Source of the DNA: Rhodanobacter sp.
GTDB lineage: Bacteria; Pseudomonadota; Gammaproteobacteria; Xanthomonadales; Rhodanobacteraceae
Assembly (NCBI GenBank): GCA_040006415.1
Contig: JBDTXA010000004.1
Location: 721 to 64,720 of the forward strand
Direction: 5' to 3'
DNA length: 64,000 bases
Part shown: positions 1-9,070 of the stretch, in pieces
Position numbering within the stretch: the stretch's first letter is position 1
Layout of the letters: every line of letters starts with the position of its first letter
Made by a program: the position numbers and the translations under genes
Notes under the pieces: model-generated
Databases searched by the model: none
What the model was told of the DNA's origin: nothing
Seen by the model: only the letters and a program-made list of their open reading frames with translations

Positions 1-261
1 GAACGCGTCGTGCTGGCAAAGCAAGGCATCAATACGCGCTACCGAAGCAACCAGTGGCTGGCGTTCCTTGATTTCGTGCTGGGCCACTACGTCGAGGAAG
101 GTGTCGATGAACTGGACCTCGACAAGCTCATTCCGTTACTGCGTCTCAAATACCACGCCATTGCTGATGCAGCGGCCGATCTGGGTACGCCTGAGCAGAT
201 CCGCAACGTCTTTGTCGGGTTTCAAAAGTACCTTTACTGCGAAGCAGGCGCACCCGCCTAA
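1..261 (+). CDS. hsdR: Type I restriction enzyme R subunit, C-terminal fragment (EcoEI/EcoAI-type); 5' end outside the window
   Basis: Frame is open from base 1. AFLDFVLGHYVEEGVDELD..KL.PLL.LKY....DA.ADLG....I..VF.GFQKYLY resembles the EcoEI_R_C domain from recall. Confidence 0.75.
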   Translation, partial: ERVVLAKQGINTRYRSNQWLAFLDFVLGHYVEEGVDELDLDKLIPLLRLKYHAIADAAADLGTPEQIRNVFVGFQKYLYCEAGAPA

Positions 262-519
262 GCGACCATCGGCAGCCCGCGGGGCTCTTGGGCGTTGCGG
301 ACTTCGACCTCGGCCCAGTGGCCGTTTTTGAAGAGCTCGCACTGAATGACATTTTCGGTATTTTCGGCAAGGAATTTGAAGCGCTCGGCGTTGGTAAAGT
401 GCGATGGCATCGCTCAATTCCAAATGGAGGACGCCGGTTCAATTCCCATGAAGTCAATTATTTATCAGGCAGCTTTTAGGCAGCCGAGGGCTTGAAACCC
501 AATCGAATAGCCAACGGGT

Positions 520-545
520 GCAGGTTCGACTCCCGCCACCCACCA
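520..545 (+). mobile_element. Probable att site: displaced, damaged 3' end of tmRNA (T-arm plus ACCA)
   Basis: GCAGG-TTCGACT-CCCGC-CACCC-ACCA resembles the tmRNA 3' end GCGGGTTCAACTCCCGCCAGCTCCACCA with a short deletion. No 5' half or D-arm is visible. It lies 1.8 kb from smpB and follows a restriction gene. Confidence 0.7.
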
Positions 546-570
546 TTTACAGCTCCACGCAGAAGCAACG

Positions 571-598
571 AAGGCCGGCCATATAGCCGGCCTTTTTT
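571..598 (+). terminator. Intrinsic terminator after the att fragment
   Basis: AAGGCCGGC-CATATA-GCCGGCCTT followed by TTTT. Confidence 0.85.
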
Positions 599-722
599 GT
601 GGGCAGGCCTGACCTCGTCATGATGGGTCTCTGCGGGTCGCATTTTCCATCGCGACCAATCTCTTGTGCTGCGACCGGCTGCTGTCATCGTCGGCGCAGG
701 AAAGCCAATGAAGGACATCATC

Positions 723-1352
723 ATGACCGTACTCACCGAACGTTTCAGTCGTGCAGTGGACTATGCGCGCGTCGCGCACGCCGCGCAGACACGCAAAGGG
801 TCAGACATCCCGTACATCTACCACCTGCTGGGCGTGGCCAGTCTGGTCATCGAGTTTGGTGGCAGTGAGGACCAGGCGATAGCCGGCTTGCTGCACGACT
901 CCGTCGAGGATTGCGGCATTGAGCATGAAGGCTTGATCCGCGCCCAGTTCGGCGATGCCGTGGCAAATATGGTCGCCGATTGCACCGATGGTACTGCCCA
1001 AAGCAAGGCCAAACATACTCACAGTGAGGCCAAACGGCGCGATTGGCTTGTCCGAAAGCACGCGTATATCGCCCATTTAGAGACCGCCAGCGACCAGACT
1101 CTGCTCGTCAGCGCATGTGACAAGCTGCACAACGCTCGCGCCATCGTGCAGGACCTTGAAGACCCCGAAACAGGCACGCGTGTGTTCGACCGCTTCACTG
1201 GTGGTCGTGACGGTACGCTTGGCTACTACGAATCGCTGGCCCGGATTTTCTCGGCGCGCGGCGTCAAGGTCGCGAAGGTTCTCGATGGAACGGTGGACTG
1301 GATGCACGAGCTGGCGGGAGTTAGCGAGCGCCGTGGGCTGGTTCCGGCCTGA
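723..1352 (+). CDS. HD-domain protein, Mesh1/small alarmone hydrolase (RelA/SpoT HD) family
   Basis: AH..QTRKG...PY..H, LLHDSVED and DKLHN motifs. ATG at 723 is preceded by AAGGAC. Confidence 0.85.
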   Translation: MTVLTERFSRAVDYARVAHAAQTRKGSDIPYIYHLLGVASLVIEFGGSEDQAIAGLLHDSVEDCGIEHEGLIRAQFGDAVANMVADCTDGTAQSKAKHTHSEAKRRDWLVRKHAYIAHLETASDQTLLVSACDKLHNARAIVQDLEDPETGTRVFDRFTGGRDGTLGYYESLARIFSARGVKVAKVLDGTVDWMHELAGVSERRGLVPA

Positions 1353-1451
1353 GCCGCCTTGGCTGATCCATACAAGCAGCGTACCGAGTTTCGCAAATCC
1401 GGATTTGATCGGATGACTCAAGACAGTTATAGACAAGGAAATTTCAGAACG

Positions 1452-2213
1452 ATGGAAATAGACCTAATCCAAAAATACGCTCCCGTTCTGTGTGGATCGA
1501 CACCTCCGGTGGTGCGCGACCCGCACCTATTGATGGATGCGAGCGGTGATGTGAAGGTCTACTACTCGCCGTTTGAGTACGTTAATCCGAGTGCCAGGAT
1601 CGTCCTGGTCGGTATCACGCCTGGGCCTACGCAGATGGTGAATGCCAACAATGAGGCGAGGCGCGCGCTGCAGGCCGGCAAATCCAAATCGGAAGCCATC
1701 CAGGCCGCCAAAAACGTTGGCGCATTCAGTGGCGAACCGCTGCGGGGCAACCTGATCAATCAGCTCAATCACTGGGGCGTCCACGAGTGGCTCGGCCTAA
1801 GCGATTCGGCAGATCTGTTCTCCACGTCACGCCACTTGGTGCAGACCACATCTCTCTTGCGGTATCCGGTGTTCGTAAAAGACGGCGATTACCGTGGCAG
1901 CCCGGACATGACCAAGCATCCGCTGCTGCGGAAATACCTCTTGGAAAACTTTGTGGCAGAGGTTGAGGAACTGAAGGAAGCCATATTCGTCAGCCTCGGG
2001 CCGCAGGTTCAGAAGGTGCTGGATCGCCTGTTTCAGGAGCGTGCGCTGAACCCCAAACGGATCATCGGAGGGATGCTGCATCCATCCGGCAATTGTACTT
2101 ATCGAATCAAGTACCTCATAGGTGACAGAAGCGCGCCAATTCCGCACGCCACGAATCCGGTGCCTTACGACAAGGGGCGGCGAGCGTTTCGAGATAGGTT
2201 TGTCAGCGTCTGA
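1452..2213 (+). CDS. Uracil-DNA glycosylase superfamily protein, divergent
   Basis: Motif A-like RIVLVGITPG and motif B-like LHPSG. Start could be 1413 or 1452. Confidence 0.7.
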   Translation: MEIDLIQKYAPVLCGSTPPVVRDPHLLMDASGDVKVYYSPFEYVNPSARIVLVGITPGPTQMVNANNEARRALQAGKSKSEAIQAAKNVGAFSGEPLRGNLINQLNHWGVHEWLGLSDSADLFSTSRHLVQTTSLLRYPVFVKDGDYRGSPDMTKHPLLRKYLLENFVAEVEELKEAIFVSLGPQVQKVLDRLFQERALNPKRIIGGMLHPSGNCTYRIKYLIGDRSAPIPHATNPVPYDKGRRAFRDRFVSV

Positions 2214-2381
2214 CCGAAGGTCGGGTGAAGCTATGTGCACGCAGTTCCAGTTCCGCAGATGGAAATCGAATTGACGCCAGGTCTGCAGCACTTGGCTTGC
2301 CCCGACACCTGGTAAGAACCGATACGATTGTCGGTAGAGAAGATCGACTTGTCGGGGATTTTTGTAGGCGCCGTTGTCTGA

Positions 2382-2873
2382 TCAGGCGCTGCGGTTGTGC
2401 GAGCGCATGGTTCGCTGCTTCTCGATCATCCAGTCGCGCTGCTTGGAGGTATCGCGCTTGTCATGCTCCTGTTTGCCGCGCGCCAGGCCGACCTCGACCT
2501 TCACCTTGTTTCCTTTCCAGTACATCGCGGTAGGCACCAGCGTGTAGCCTTTTCGTTCGACTGCACCGACGAGTTGATCGATTTCCTTGCGGTGCAGCAG
2601 AAGTTTCCTCGAGCGTCGGTCGTCGGCGATGACATGGGTCGACGCGCTGATCAGGGGCGGGATCGATGCGCCGATCAGGAACACTTCATCATTCTTGACG
2701 ATGGCGTAGCTGTCGCCGAAGTTGATCCGACCGGCGCGCAGTGCCTTCAGTTCCCAGCCCTGCAGTGCCACGCCAGCCTCGAAACGCTCGTCGATGTGGT
2801 ATTCGAAACGAGAGCGCTTGTTGAGCGCAATGGTGCCCCCGCCTTTCTTGTCTTTGTCCTTCGTATTCGACAT
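2382..2873 (-). CDS. smpB: SsrA-binding protein SmpB
   Basis: IALNKRSRFEY, EAGVALQGWELKALR, RKLLLHRKEI, GKQEHDKR. Confidence 0.98.
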   Translation of the reverse strand: MSNTKDKDKKGGGTIALNKRSRFEYHIDERFEAGVALQGWELKALRAGRINFGDSYAIVKNDEVFLIGASIPPLISASTHVIADDRRSRKLLLHRKEIDQLVGAVERKGYTLVPTAMYWKGNKVKVEVGLARGKQEHDKRDTSKQRDWMIEKQRTMRSHNRSA

Positions 2874-3009
2874 GTCCGTTAAACTCGGGCGAGTCGCCCT
2901 TTAGTCGGGCTGTCCCGGTGGGAACGGCCTTGTTGAAAAAGTGCAGCCATGGAGGGCTGCTTCTTGATTTTCGCATTCAAGGATGAATGCAAAAAGATCG
3001 AGGGTTGCC

Positions 3010-3441
3010 GTGATCGAAATACGTCGCAGCGCGCTGGTGAAATATTCACCGAGACAGATGTTTGAGCTGGTCAACGAGGTTGAAGCATACCCAACGCTTT
3101 TTCAATGGTGTATGGGCGCGGAGGTTTTGCAGCGTGAGGAATATGTGTTGGTGGCTCGTCTGGATCTCAAGTTTGCAGGGTTCCGCCAAAGCTTTACCAC
3201 GCGCAACACCGTGGATCCGCCGCAGCGTCTGAAAATGGATCTCGTTGACGGGCCGTTTCGCAGTCTTGAGGGCGTGTGGGATTTCATGGCACTGGGCGAT
3301 GAGGGCTGCAAGATCTCCTTTGCCCTTGATTTCGACTACGCCGGAAAGCTGGGCGGTGCTGCCATGAAGCTTGGTTTTCAGGGCTTGGCCGGGCGCATGG
3401 TCGACGACTTTTGTAGGGAAGCGGAGCGCGTCTATGGCTGA
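3010..3441 (+). CDS. ratA: RatA/PasT (START/SRPBCC, Coq10-like) protein
   Basis: RSALVKYSPRQMFELVNEVEAYP..F.WC and DGPFRSLEG.W; conserved position divergent from smpB. GTG start inferred. Confidence 0.9.
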   Translation: MIEIRRSALVKYSPRQMFELVNEVEAYPTLFQWCMGAEVLQREEYVLVARLDLKFAGFRQSFTTRNTVDPPQRLKMDLVDGPFRSLEGVWDFMALGDEGCKISFALDFDYAGKLGGAAMKLGFQGLAGRMVDDFCREAERVYG

Positions 3442-3712
3442 GCGTATGATCCGTGCGCAGGTCGTCTACGCAGAGGCCGGCCAGCAAACAAAGCTGGAAA
3501 TTCTATTGGTAGAGGGAACTACGGTGCGCGATGCCATCAATGCATCAGGGATCGCTGCCATGATTCCGGAAGGTTCCATGGACGGCTGTCATTGGGGAAT
3601 TTTTGCTCGCAAGGTGGCGCCTGATCACGTGGTGGTGCACGGAGACCGAATCGAGATCTATCGGCCTCTGACGATCGATCCGATGGACGCGAGACGTCGA
3701 CGCGCCCGATGA
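3434..3712 (+). CDS. ratB: RatB/PasI (RnfH family ubiquitin-like protein)
   Basis: VVYA, GIF.RK and GDRIEIYRPL..DP...RRRRA; overlaps the ratA stop. Confidence 0.9.
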   Translation: MAERMIRAQVVYAEAGQQTKLEILLVEGTTVRDAINASGIAAMIPEGSMDGCHWGIFARKVAPDHVVVHGDRIEIYRPLTIDPMDARRRRAR

Positions 3713-3757
3713 GCAACTCGCGGACGCGTCAATGATTCTTCCGTATTCCAAATGATC

Positions 3758-4219
3758 TCAGCGCACCGGCTGATTGTCTGGCTTGTCCTGGCCAAACCCA
3801 CCACCTTTTTCATCCGGTGATTTGCTCTTGTCACCTTCGGTTTCGTTGACTGGATAACCGGAGTTGTACTTCTTGGTCTCGTTGACCAGCTTTTGCGCAT
3901 CCTGTGCGAAGAAATCGCCTTCGGTACGAACCAGCGTGTCGTTGTTGAAGGTCAGCTTCAGCGTGCGAACTTTCTTCTTGTTGCCGCGATGCGAGAACGT
4001 CGAGACATAGTCCCAGCGACTGCGGTCAAATGGCGTGCTGACCGATGGTGTGCCCATCAACACGAGAACTTGATGCTTGGTCATGCCGGGTTTCAGTTGG
4101 TCGACGGTTTTCTTGTCGAGCAGATTGCCTTGCTGGACGTCGGGTTGGTAGACGATGTGGCAGCCGGCGATGGTGAGCGCCAGCATGGAAAAAACCAGCA
4201 GGGTGATCAGCTTTTGCAT
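3758..4219 (-). CDS. bamE: Outer membrane protein assembly lipoprotein BamE
   Basis: Lipobox IAGC; QQGNLL..LKPGMTK.QV..LMGTP, RWDY; divergent from fur. Confidence 0.95.
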   Translation of the reverse strand: MQKLITLLVFSMLALTIAGCHIVYQPDVQQGNLLDKKTVDQLKPGMTKHQVLVLMGTPSVSTPFDRSRWDYVSTFSHRGNKKKVRTLKLTFNNDTLVRTEGDFFAQDAQKLVNETKKYNSGYPVNETEGDKSKSPDEKGGGFGQDKPDNQPVR

Positions 4220-4294
4220 GCAAGTTGCGTCCAGGTCGTAAAGGTGTTGGATGATACACTACAGGCTTGAAACGCCGCGTGCGGAGGTCGAAAT

Positions 4295-4717
4295 ATGGAA
4301 CAGGAAACCAAGGAACTACGCAGGGTCGGGCTCAAGGTGACCCACCCGCGAATGCGCATTCTGCAGATCTTCGACGAACAGGGCGTGCAACATCTCACCG
4401 CCGAAGATGTGTACAAGAAGTTGCTCGCGCATCAGGAAGATATCGGTCTTGCCACGGTGTATCGGGTCCTGACCCAGTTCGAGGCAGCGGGAATCATCGT
4501 CAAGCACAATTTCGAAGGTGGCCAGGCGGTCTATGAGCTGGATCGCGGTAAGCACCATGACCACATGATTGATGTGGACAGCGGGAAAGTGATCGAGTTC
4601 GTCAGCGAGGACATCGAGCGCTTGCAGCGCGAAGTTGCCGCACGTCATGGATACGTGATCGAGGATCACAGTCTGGTGTTGTACGTGCGCCCCAAGCAGC
4701 GGCCGCGCAAGGGCTAG
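4295..4717 (+). CDS. fur: Ferric uptake regulator
   Basis: GLKVTHPRMRIL, HLTAEDVY, IGLATVYRVL, HHDHM. Confidence 0.98.
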   Translation: MEQETKELRRVGLKVTHPRMRILQIFDEQGVQHLTAEDVYKKLLAHQEDIGLATVYRVLTQFEAAGIIVKHNFEGGQAVYELDRGKHHDHMIDVDSGKVIEFVSEDIERLQREVAARHGYVIEDHSLVLYVRPKQRPRKG

Positions 4718-4799
4718 TTTGGTGACGAACCTGCACCCGCGTCTGGAATCGCGCGACGGAAGCTGGCCGATCGTCTGCAGCTAGCTGAATACCAGGCAT

Positions 4800-4995
4800 A
4801 AAAAAGCCGCAAGGTGGACTCCTGTCCGCCTGACGGCTGCTCCGCTATCTACCGGTAGCAAACGCGAATGAACCCGTCTGCTCAACTCTGCGCCAGATAG
4901 CGGCGAAACGGCATCCTTGCCGTTTTTTCAGAGCCTCCGTCCCCACGGAGACCCTGATCCACCATTTCACAATGGTGGCTCCCCCACATCGATGG
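4800..4995 (-). ncRNA. Candidate CsrA/RsmA-binding small RNA
   Basis: Minus strand has 8 GGA triplets, three at hairpin tips (AAACGGCA-AGGA-TGCCGTTT, GGAC-AGGA-GTCC, CTCCG-TGGGGA-CGGAG), and ends in a stem plus U6 at about 4800-4838. No convincing ORF. Confidence 0.5.
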
Positions 4996-5041
4996 AACTG
5001 ATCGTAACGAAGTTTTTACGTTTCCGGTATCGGAAAAATTC

Positions 5042-6640
5042 CTAGTTCGACGGATGCCGATCCTGATGGCTGTTGTTCCCCCGCAACAAAATCCGCAAAT
5101 GAACACCGCTATGATCGGGACGGAGTCGAAATTGGCCGCCGAGCGAGGTCACCCGGTCACGCATGCCCTGGAGACCTCGGCCACCGCGGGGCAGGCGGCT
5201 AGGTAGTCCGGTGCCGTCATCGCGCAGATCAAGCACGGCCAGTGCCATCCCGTGGCGTTGGCCGATACGTAGCCGGAGTCTGAACTCGCTCGCTTGGGCG
5301 TGCTTCACGGCATTGGTAGCACTTTCCTGAACCAGCCGGTAGATCGCGGTGCGGGTGTCGTCGTCAAGTAGCCGGGGATCGCCGTGGAGTTCGGTGTGGT
5401 ACGCCATGCCTGCGGTGTCCAGCAGATCGCGGATAGGGCCTTCGTCGAGCGCGCGAAGCAGTCCGAACTCATCCAGGACGGCCGGGCGCAGGTCATCCAG
5501 CAGGCGGTGCAGTGCCCGCCGCATGTGGGCGAGGATGTTATTGATCGATTCACTTATGTCTTCCATGCCAGCCTGACGCAAGCGAGCCTGAGCCAACTTT
5601 ACGTGGGTCTGGATAGCCGTGATGTTCTGGCCGAGCTCATCATGCAGCTCGGCAGCGAGATGCCGACGCTGGTTCTCGTCGGCTTGCAGATTGCCGCGAG
5701 CGGCGTCACGCAGCTGGTGTGCAAGTTGATCGAGTCGCCGATTTACTGCGCCCAAATAAATATTCTGTTCGGTGACGCGTGCACTGCTGTGACGCAGGGC
5801 ATCGGTGGCCGATCCAAGCATGAGCGCCCCGGTGCCGGCGACGGCAAGAAAGAGATACGCGGAGGCTCCGGACGGTGGGTGACCGAGATGCCGGTCGACC
5901 AGGGTCATGCCTAGGCTGGTAACCAGCATGGCAAGACTGGCGCCACGCCAGCCATGGCGGAAGGCGAAGAAGAGCACCGGCGCCAGTGAAAGCACGCGGG
6001 CGAACTGGGGTTGTGGCGCCGCCTGTTCCGACAGCACCAGCAGGATGGTCATCGAAGGCAGCATCACCAGCAAGCCATCCATCATCAGGCTGGCCAGAGC
6101 TTTGTACTGCAGCCGGGTCCGCAGCAGCATGATCATCAGCGGCACGATCAGCAGGATGCCCAGATAGTGACTGAGCAATTGCTCGCCGAGCACGCGGATC
6201 ATCAGGTCGGATGAGCTGGGCAACTTGGTCAGGACAAGCAGCGTAGCGTCCATCGCCGTGGTTGCCGTAACGACAAGTACGACGGTCAGCAACAGTCGGG
6301 TGACTTCCTGGGGAGTCTGCAAACTGACATGCACGGTAAAGCGGCGAAGCAGCCACAGTACCGCTGCCATCACCAGCGGCGCGGGCAATTCGTCAATCGC
6401 AAATGCCGCCCAACCCAGCGGCTGTCCTTGAGCGATGCCGATGCTGGCGGTTGCCGCCAGCTCCGCGCCCAGCAGCCAGCCCCAATAACGTACGGGAGTT
6501 AGCAACAGCGCACCAAAGCGCAGGCCATAGGGCAGCATCCAGAATGGCTGCACCGTAGGCCAAAGCAAGAGCCACAGCAGCAAATAGCCGGCGCCGAGAA
6601 GCGGGCCGGAGTCGGGCAGTCGGTGGGATCCCTGGCGCAT
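5042..6640 (-). CDS. MASE1-domain membrane sensor histidine kinase (HisKA_3, UhpB-like)
   Basis: Multi-TM N-terminus; H-box ELHDELGQ, QESATNAVKHA, DDGTG, GRGLQGMRDR. Confidence 0.93.
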   Translation of the reverse strand: MRQGSHRLPDSGPLLGAGYLLLWLLLWPTVQPFWMLPYGLRFGALLLTPVRYWGWLLGAELAATASIGIAQGQPLGWAAFAIDELPAPLVMAAVLWLLRRFTVHVSLQTPQEVTRLLLTVVLVVTATTAMDATLLVLTKLPSSSDLMIRVLGEQLLSHYLGILLIVPLMIMLLRTRLQYKALASLMMDGLLVMLPSMTILLVLSEQAAPQPQFARVLSLAPVLFFAFRHGWRGASLAMLVTSLGMTLVDRHLGHPPSGASAYLFLAVAGTGALMLGSATDALRHSSARVTEQNIYLGAVNRRLDQLAHQLRDAARGNLQADENQRRHLAAELHDELGQNITAIQTHVKLAQARLRQAGMEDISESINNILAHMRRALHRLLDDLRPAVLDEFGLLRALDEGPIRDLLDTAGMAYHTELHGDPRLLDDDTRTAIYRLVQESATNAVKHAQASEFRLRLRIGQRHGMALAVLDLRDDGTGLPSRLPRGGRGLQGMRDRVTSLGGQFRLRPDHSGVHLRILLRGNNSHQDRHPSN

Positions 6641-6734
6641 GCGAGGATGTTACAGGGCAGATCAGGCCAAATGCGGACGCTGCCTGTTTATGCAAACGGC
6701 CCCAACGACCAAGTCAATGTGTAAAGTAGGTGTT

Positions 6735-7370
6735 ATGTACAGCATAGTTCTGGTCGATGACCATGCCATCGTTCGCGAAGGATTCAAACGGCTGATCGAG
6801 ATGGAGCCGGATCTTGAAGTCGTGGACGAATGCCGCAGCGCCGACGATGCGGTGGAGGCGGTGGCGCGATGGCGGCCCGATCTGGTGGCACTGGACCTGT
6901 CGCTACCCGATGGCAGCGGCCTACCGTTGATCGAGCATCTGTTGAGCGTGTCCGGGGAGACGCGGATCGTGGTACTGAGCATGCACGACGGCGAACCCTA
7001 CGTATCGGAGGCCCTGCGTCGTGGTGCCAGCGGCTATGTGACCAAGGGAATTGCACCGGAAGAACTGGTTGCGGGCTTGCGCGCCGTGATGCATGGCGAG
7101 TGCTTTCTGAGCTCCGATCTGGTTCAGCGTCGGGCCGAGCGCCCGAGCGCCGCACTCGATCCGATCAATCGGTTGACTGCGCGCGAGCGCGAAGTGTTTC
7201 TTTTACTTGCCGGTGGGCTGACGCCAAAACAGGTGGCGGGCGAGCTGAGCATTGGCCAGAAAACCGTGTACATCCACCGTGCCAGCCTGATGGGCAAGCT
7301 CGGTGCAGGGTCGGAACTTGATCTTTATCGGCTGGCGACAGAGCGAGGATTGCTGCCGCCAGTGAATTGA
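6735..7370 (+). CDS. NarL/UhpA-family response regulator (REC plus LuxR HTH)
   Basis: VLVDDH, LDLSLPDGSG, LTAREREV..HTH..KTVYIHR; divergent from the kinase. Confidence 0.93.
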   Translation: MYSIVLVDDHAIVREGFKRLIEMEPDLEVVDECRSADDAVEAVARWRPDLVALDLSLPDGSGLPLIEHLLSVSGETRIVVLSMHDGEPYVSEALRRGASGYVTKGIAPEELVAGLRAVMHGECFLSSDLVQRRAERPSAALDPINRLTAREREVFLLLAGGLTPKQVAGELSIGQKTVYIHRASLMGKLGAGSELDLYRLATERGLLPPVN

Positions 7371-7396
7371 GTTCGAGGACTCGACTACGGTCGCGG

Positions 7397-9070
7397 TCAG
7401 GCGGTCTGTGCCCGCTCGAGCATCTGTTTGGCGTGTGCCCGAGTTTCGCGAGTGATTTCCAAGCCGCCAAGCATGCGAGCCAGCTCGTCACGGCGGCCGC
7501 CGGCGTCCAGCGTGTCGATCTGTGTATGGGTCGAATCGCCATCGCTGTGTTTGCTCACGAGCAGGTGCGCGTGGCCCTGCGCAGCAACTTGAGGCAGGTG
7601 GGTCACGCATAGCACTTGGCGCTGGCCGCCGAGAGACCGGAGTTTCTGCCCGACCACCTCGGCGACAGCGCCACCAATGCCCGTATCGACCTCGTCAAAG
7701 ATCATGCTGCCGACGGTGTCCTTGCCCAAGGTGGCGACTTCAATGGCCAGGCTGATGCGCGCCAGCTCGCCGCCCGAGGCGACCTTGCGCAGGGCTCGCG
7801 GTGGTTGGCCAGGGTTCGCGCTGACCAGCAGCTCGCATCGTTCCGCACCTTGCGGGTCCGGATCGTCACTCGTCACCGCCTCCAGCTCGACGCGCAGTAC
7901 ACCACCGGACATGCCCAGTTCGGACATCAGCAAGCTGACTTCCTCACCGAGTTTGGCGGCGGCCTGGGTGCGAGCCTGGCTCAGCTGTCTGGCCGCCTCG
8001 GCATACGTGTTCTGCATCGCCAGGCGCTGGGCGTCGAGTTTTTCCAGTGTCTCGCCAGCACCTTCCAGCTCGGCCAATTCAACTTGCAATTCGGCCAGCT
8101 TGTCGGCCAGTTCCTCCATCGGCAAGCGATGCCTGCGCGAAAGGTCATGCAAGTGCGACAAATGCTTGTCGACTTCATCGAAGCGATCAGGATCCAGATC
8201 GATATCCTGCGCATATCGGCCCAGCCCGTCAGCCGCTTCGCCGAGGTGGATGCTGGCGTTGTCGAGCAGCTCCAGCAGGGGCGTCAGCCTTTCGTCCAGG
8301 GCAGCGAGCTTGCCCAGTTCGGTATGCGCGCGGGCCAGCGTGCGACGCAAGGCAAATTCGCTGTCGCCGTCCAGCAGCTCAACCACGCTGGCGCTGCCCT
8401 CGACCAGGCGGCCGGTATTGGCGAGACGCCTGTGGCTCGCTTCCAGTTCGCGGAGATCCGCTGCAGGCAGCGCCCACTTTTCAAGATTCCCGATTTCGTG
8501 TCGCAGTAGTTCGATGCGTCCGGCGCGGTCCTCGCCACCGGCAAGTTTGCGCATGTGCGCCACCATTTCCCGCCATTGCAGGGCACTGTCGCGGACCTGC
8601 CTCAACAACTCTTCGTGGCCTGCATAAGCGTCCAGCAGGGCGAGCTGATGAGGGCGCGAAAGCAGGGCCTGATGCTCGTGCTGGCCGTGAATCTCCACCA
8701 GCAAAGAGGCAATTTCGCCGAGCTGGCGAGCATTGGCAGGACGGCCATTGATCCATGCCTTGGAACTGCCCTCAGTGCGCAGGACACGGCGCAACTGGCA
8801 GCCGCCATCCTCATCGAGCTCCTCCCGTTGCAGCCACTCGCGTGCTTCAGGGAGTTCGCTCAAGTCAAATTCGGCAGCCAGCTCGGCACGGTTACTGCCA
8901 GCGCGTACCATGCCGCTGTCGGCGCGGGCACCGGCGAGCAGCATCAGCGCATCAACCAGCAGCGATTTTCCGGCACCGGTCTCACCGCTGACCACGGTTA
9001 GGCCCGGACCAAACGTGATCTCGGCGGCTTCGACGACGGCAAAATGGCGAACGTAAAGCGAAATGAGCAT
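7397..9070 (-). CDS. recN: DNA repair protein RecN
   Basis: Walker A GETGAGKS, IHGQHEH, ASGGELAR, FDEVDTG, VTHLPQVA. Start trimmed to MLISL. Confidence 0.97.
   Translation of the reverse strand: MLISLYVRHFAVVEAAEITFGPGLTVVSGETGAGKSLLVDALMLLAGARADSGMVRAGSNRAELAAEFDLSELPEAREWLQREELDEDGGCQLRRVLRTEGSSKAWINGRPANARQLGEIASLLVEIHGQHEHQALLSRPHQLALLDAYAGHEELLRQVRDSALQWREMVAHMRKLAGGEDRAGRIELLRHEIGNLEKWALPAADLRELEASHRRLANTGRLVEGSASVVELLDGDSEFALRRTLARAHTELGKLAALDERLTPLLELLDNASIHLGEAADGLGRYAQDIDLDPDRFDEVDKHLSHLHDLSRRHRLPMEELADKLAELQVELAELEGAGETLEKLDAQRLAMQNTYAEAARQLSQARTQAAAKLGEEVSLLMSELGMSGGVLRVELEAVTSDDPDPQGAERCELLVSANPGQPPRALRKVASGGELARISLAIEVATLGKDTVGSMIFDEVDTGIGGAVAEVVGQKLRSLGGQRQVLCVTHLPQVAAQGHAHLLVSKHSDGDSTHTQIDTLDAGGRRDELARMLGGLEITRETRAHAKQMLERAQTA

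Noticed and set aside
488-545. Possible tRNA-Ser(TGA): GGG-CTTGAAA-CCC loop plus T-arm and CCA
   Set aside because: Anticodon stem is only 3 bp, the acceptor strand is too short and there is no matching 5' strand or D-arm. A tmRNA-derived att fragment fits better.
2300-2365. TTGTCGG repeats beside smpB as integrase arm sites
   Set aside because: Equally explained by a nested hairpin (CCCCGACA/TGTCGGGG) with a T-run acting as a terminator.
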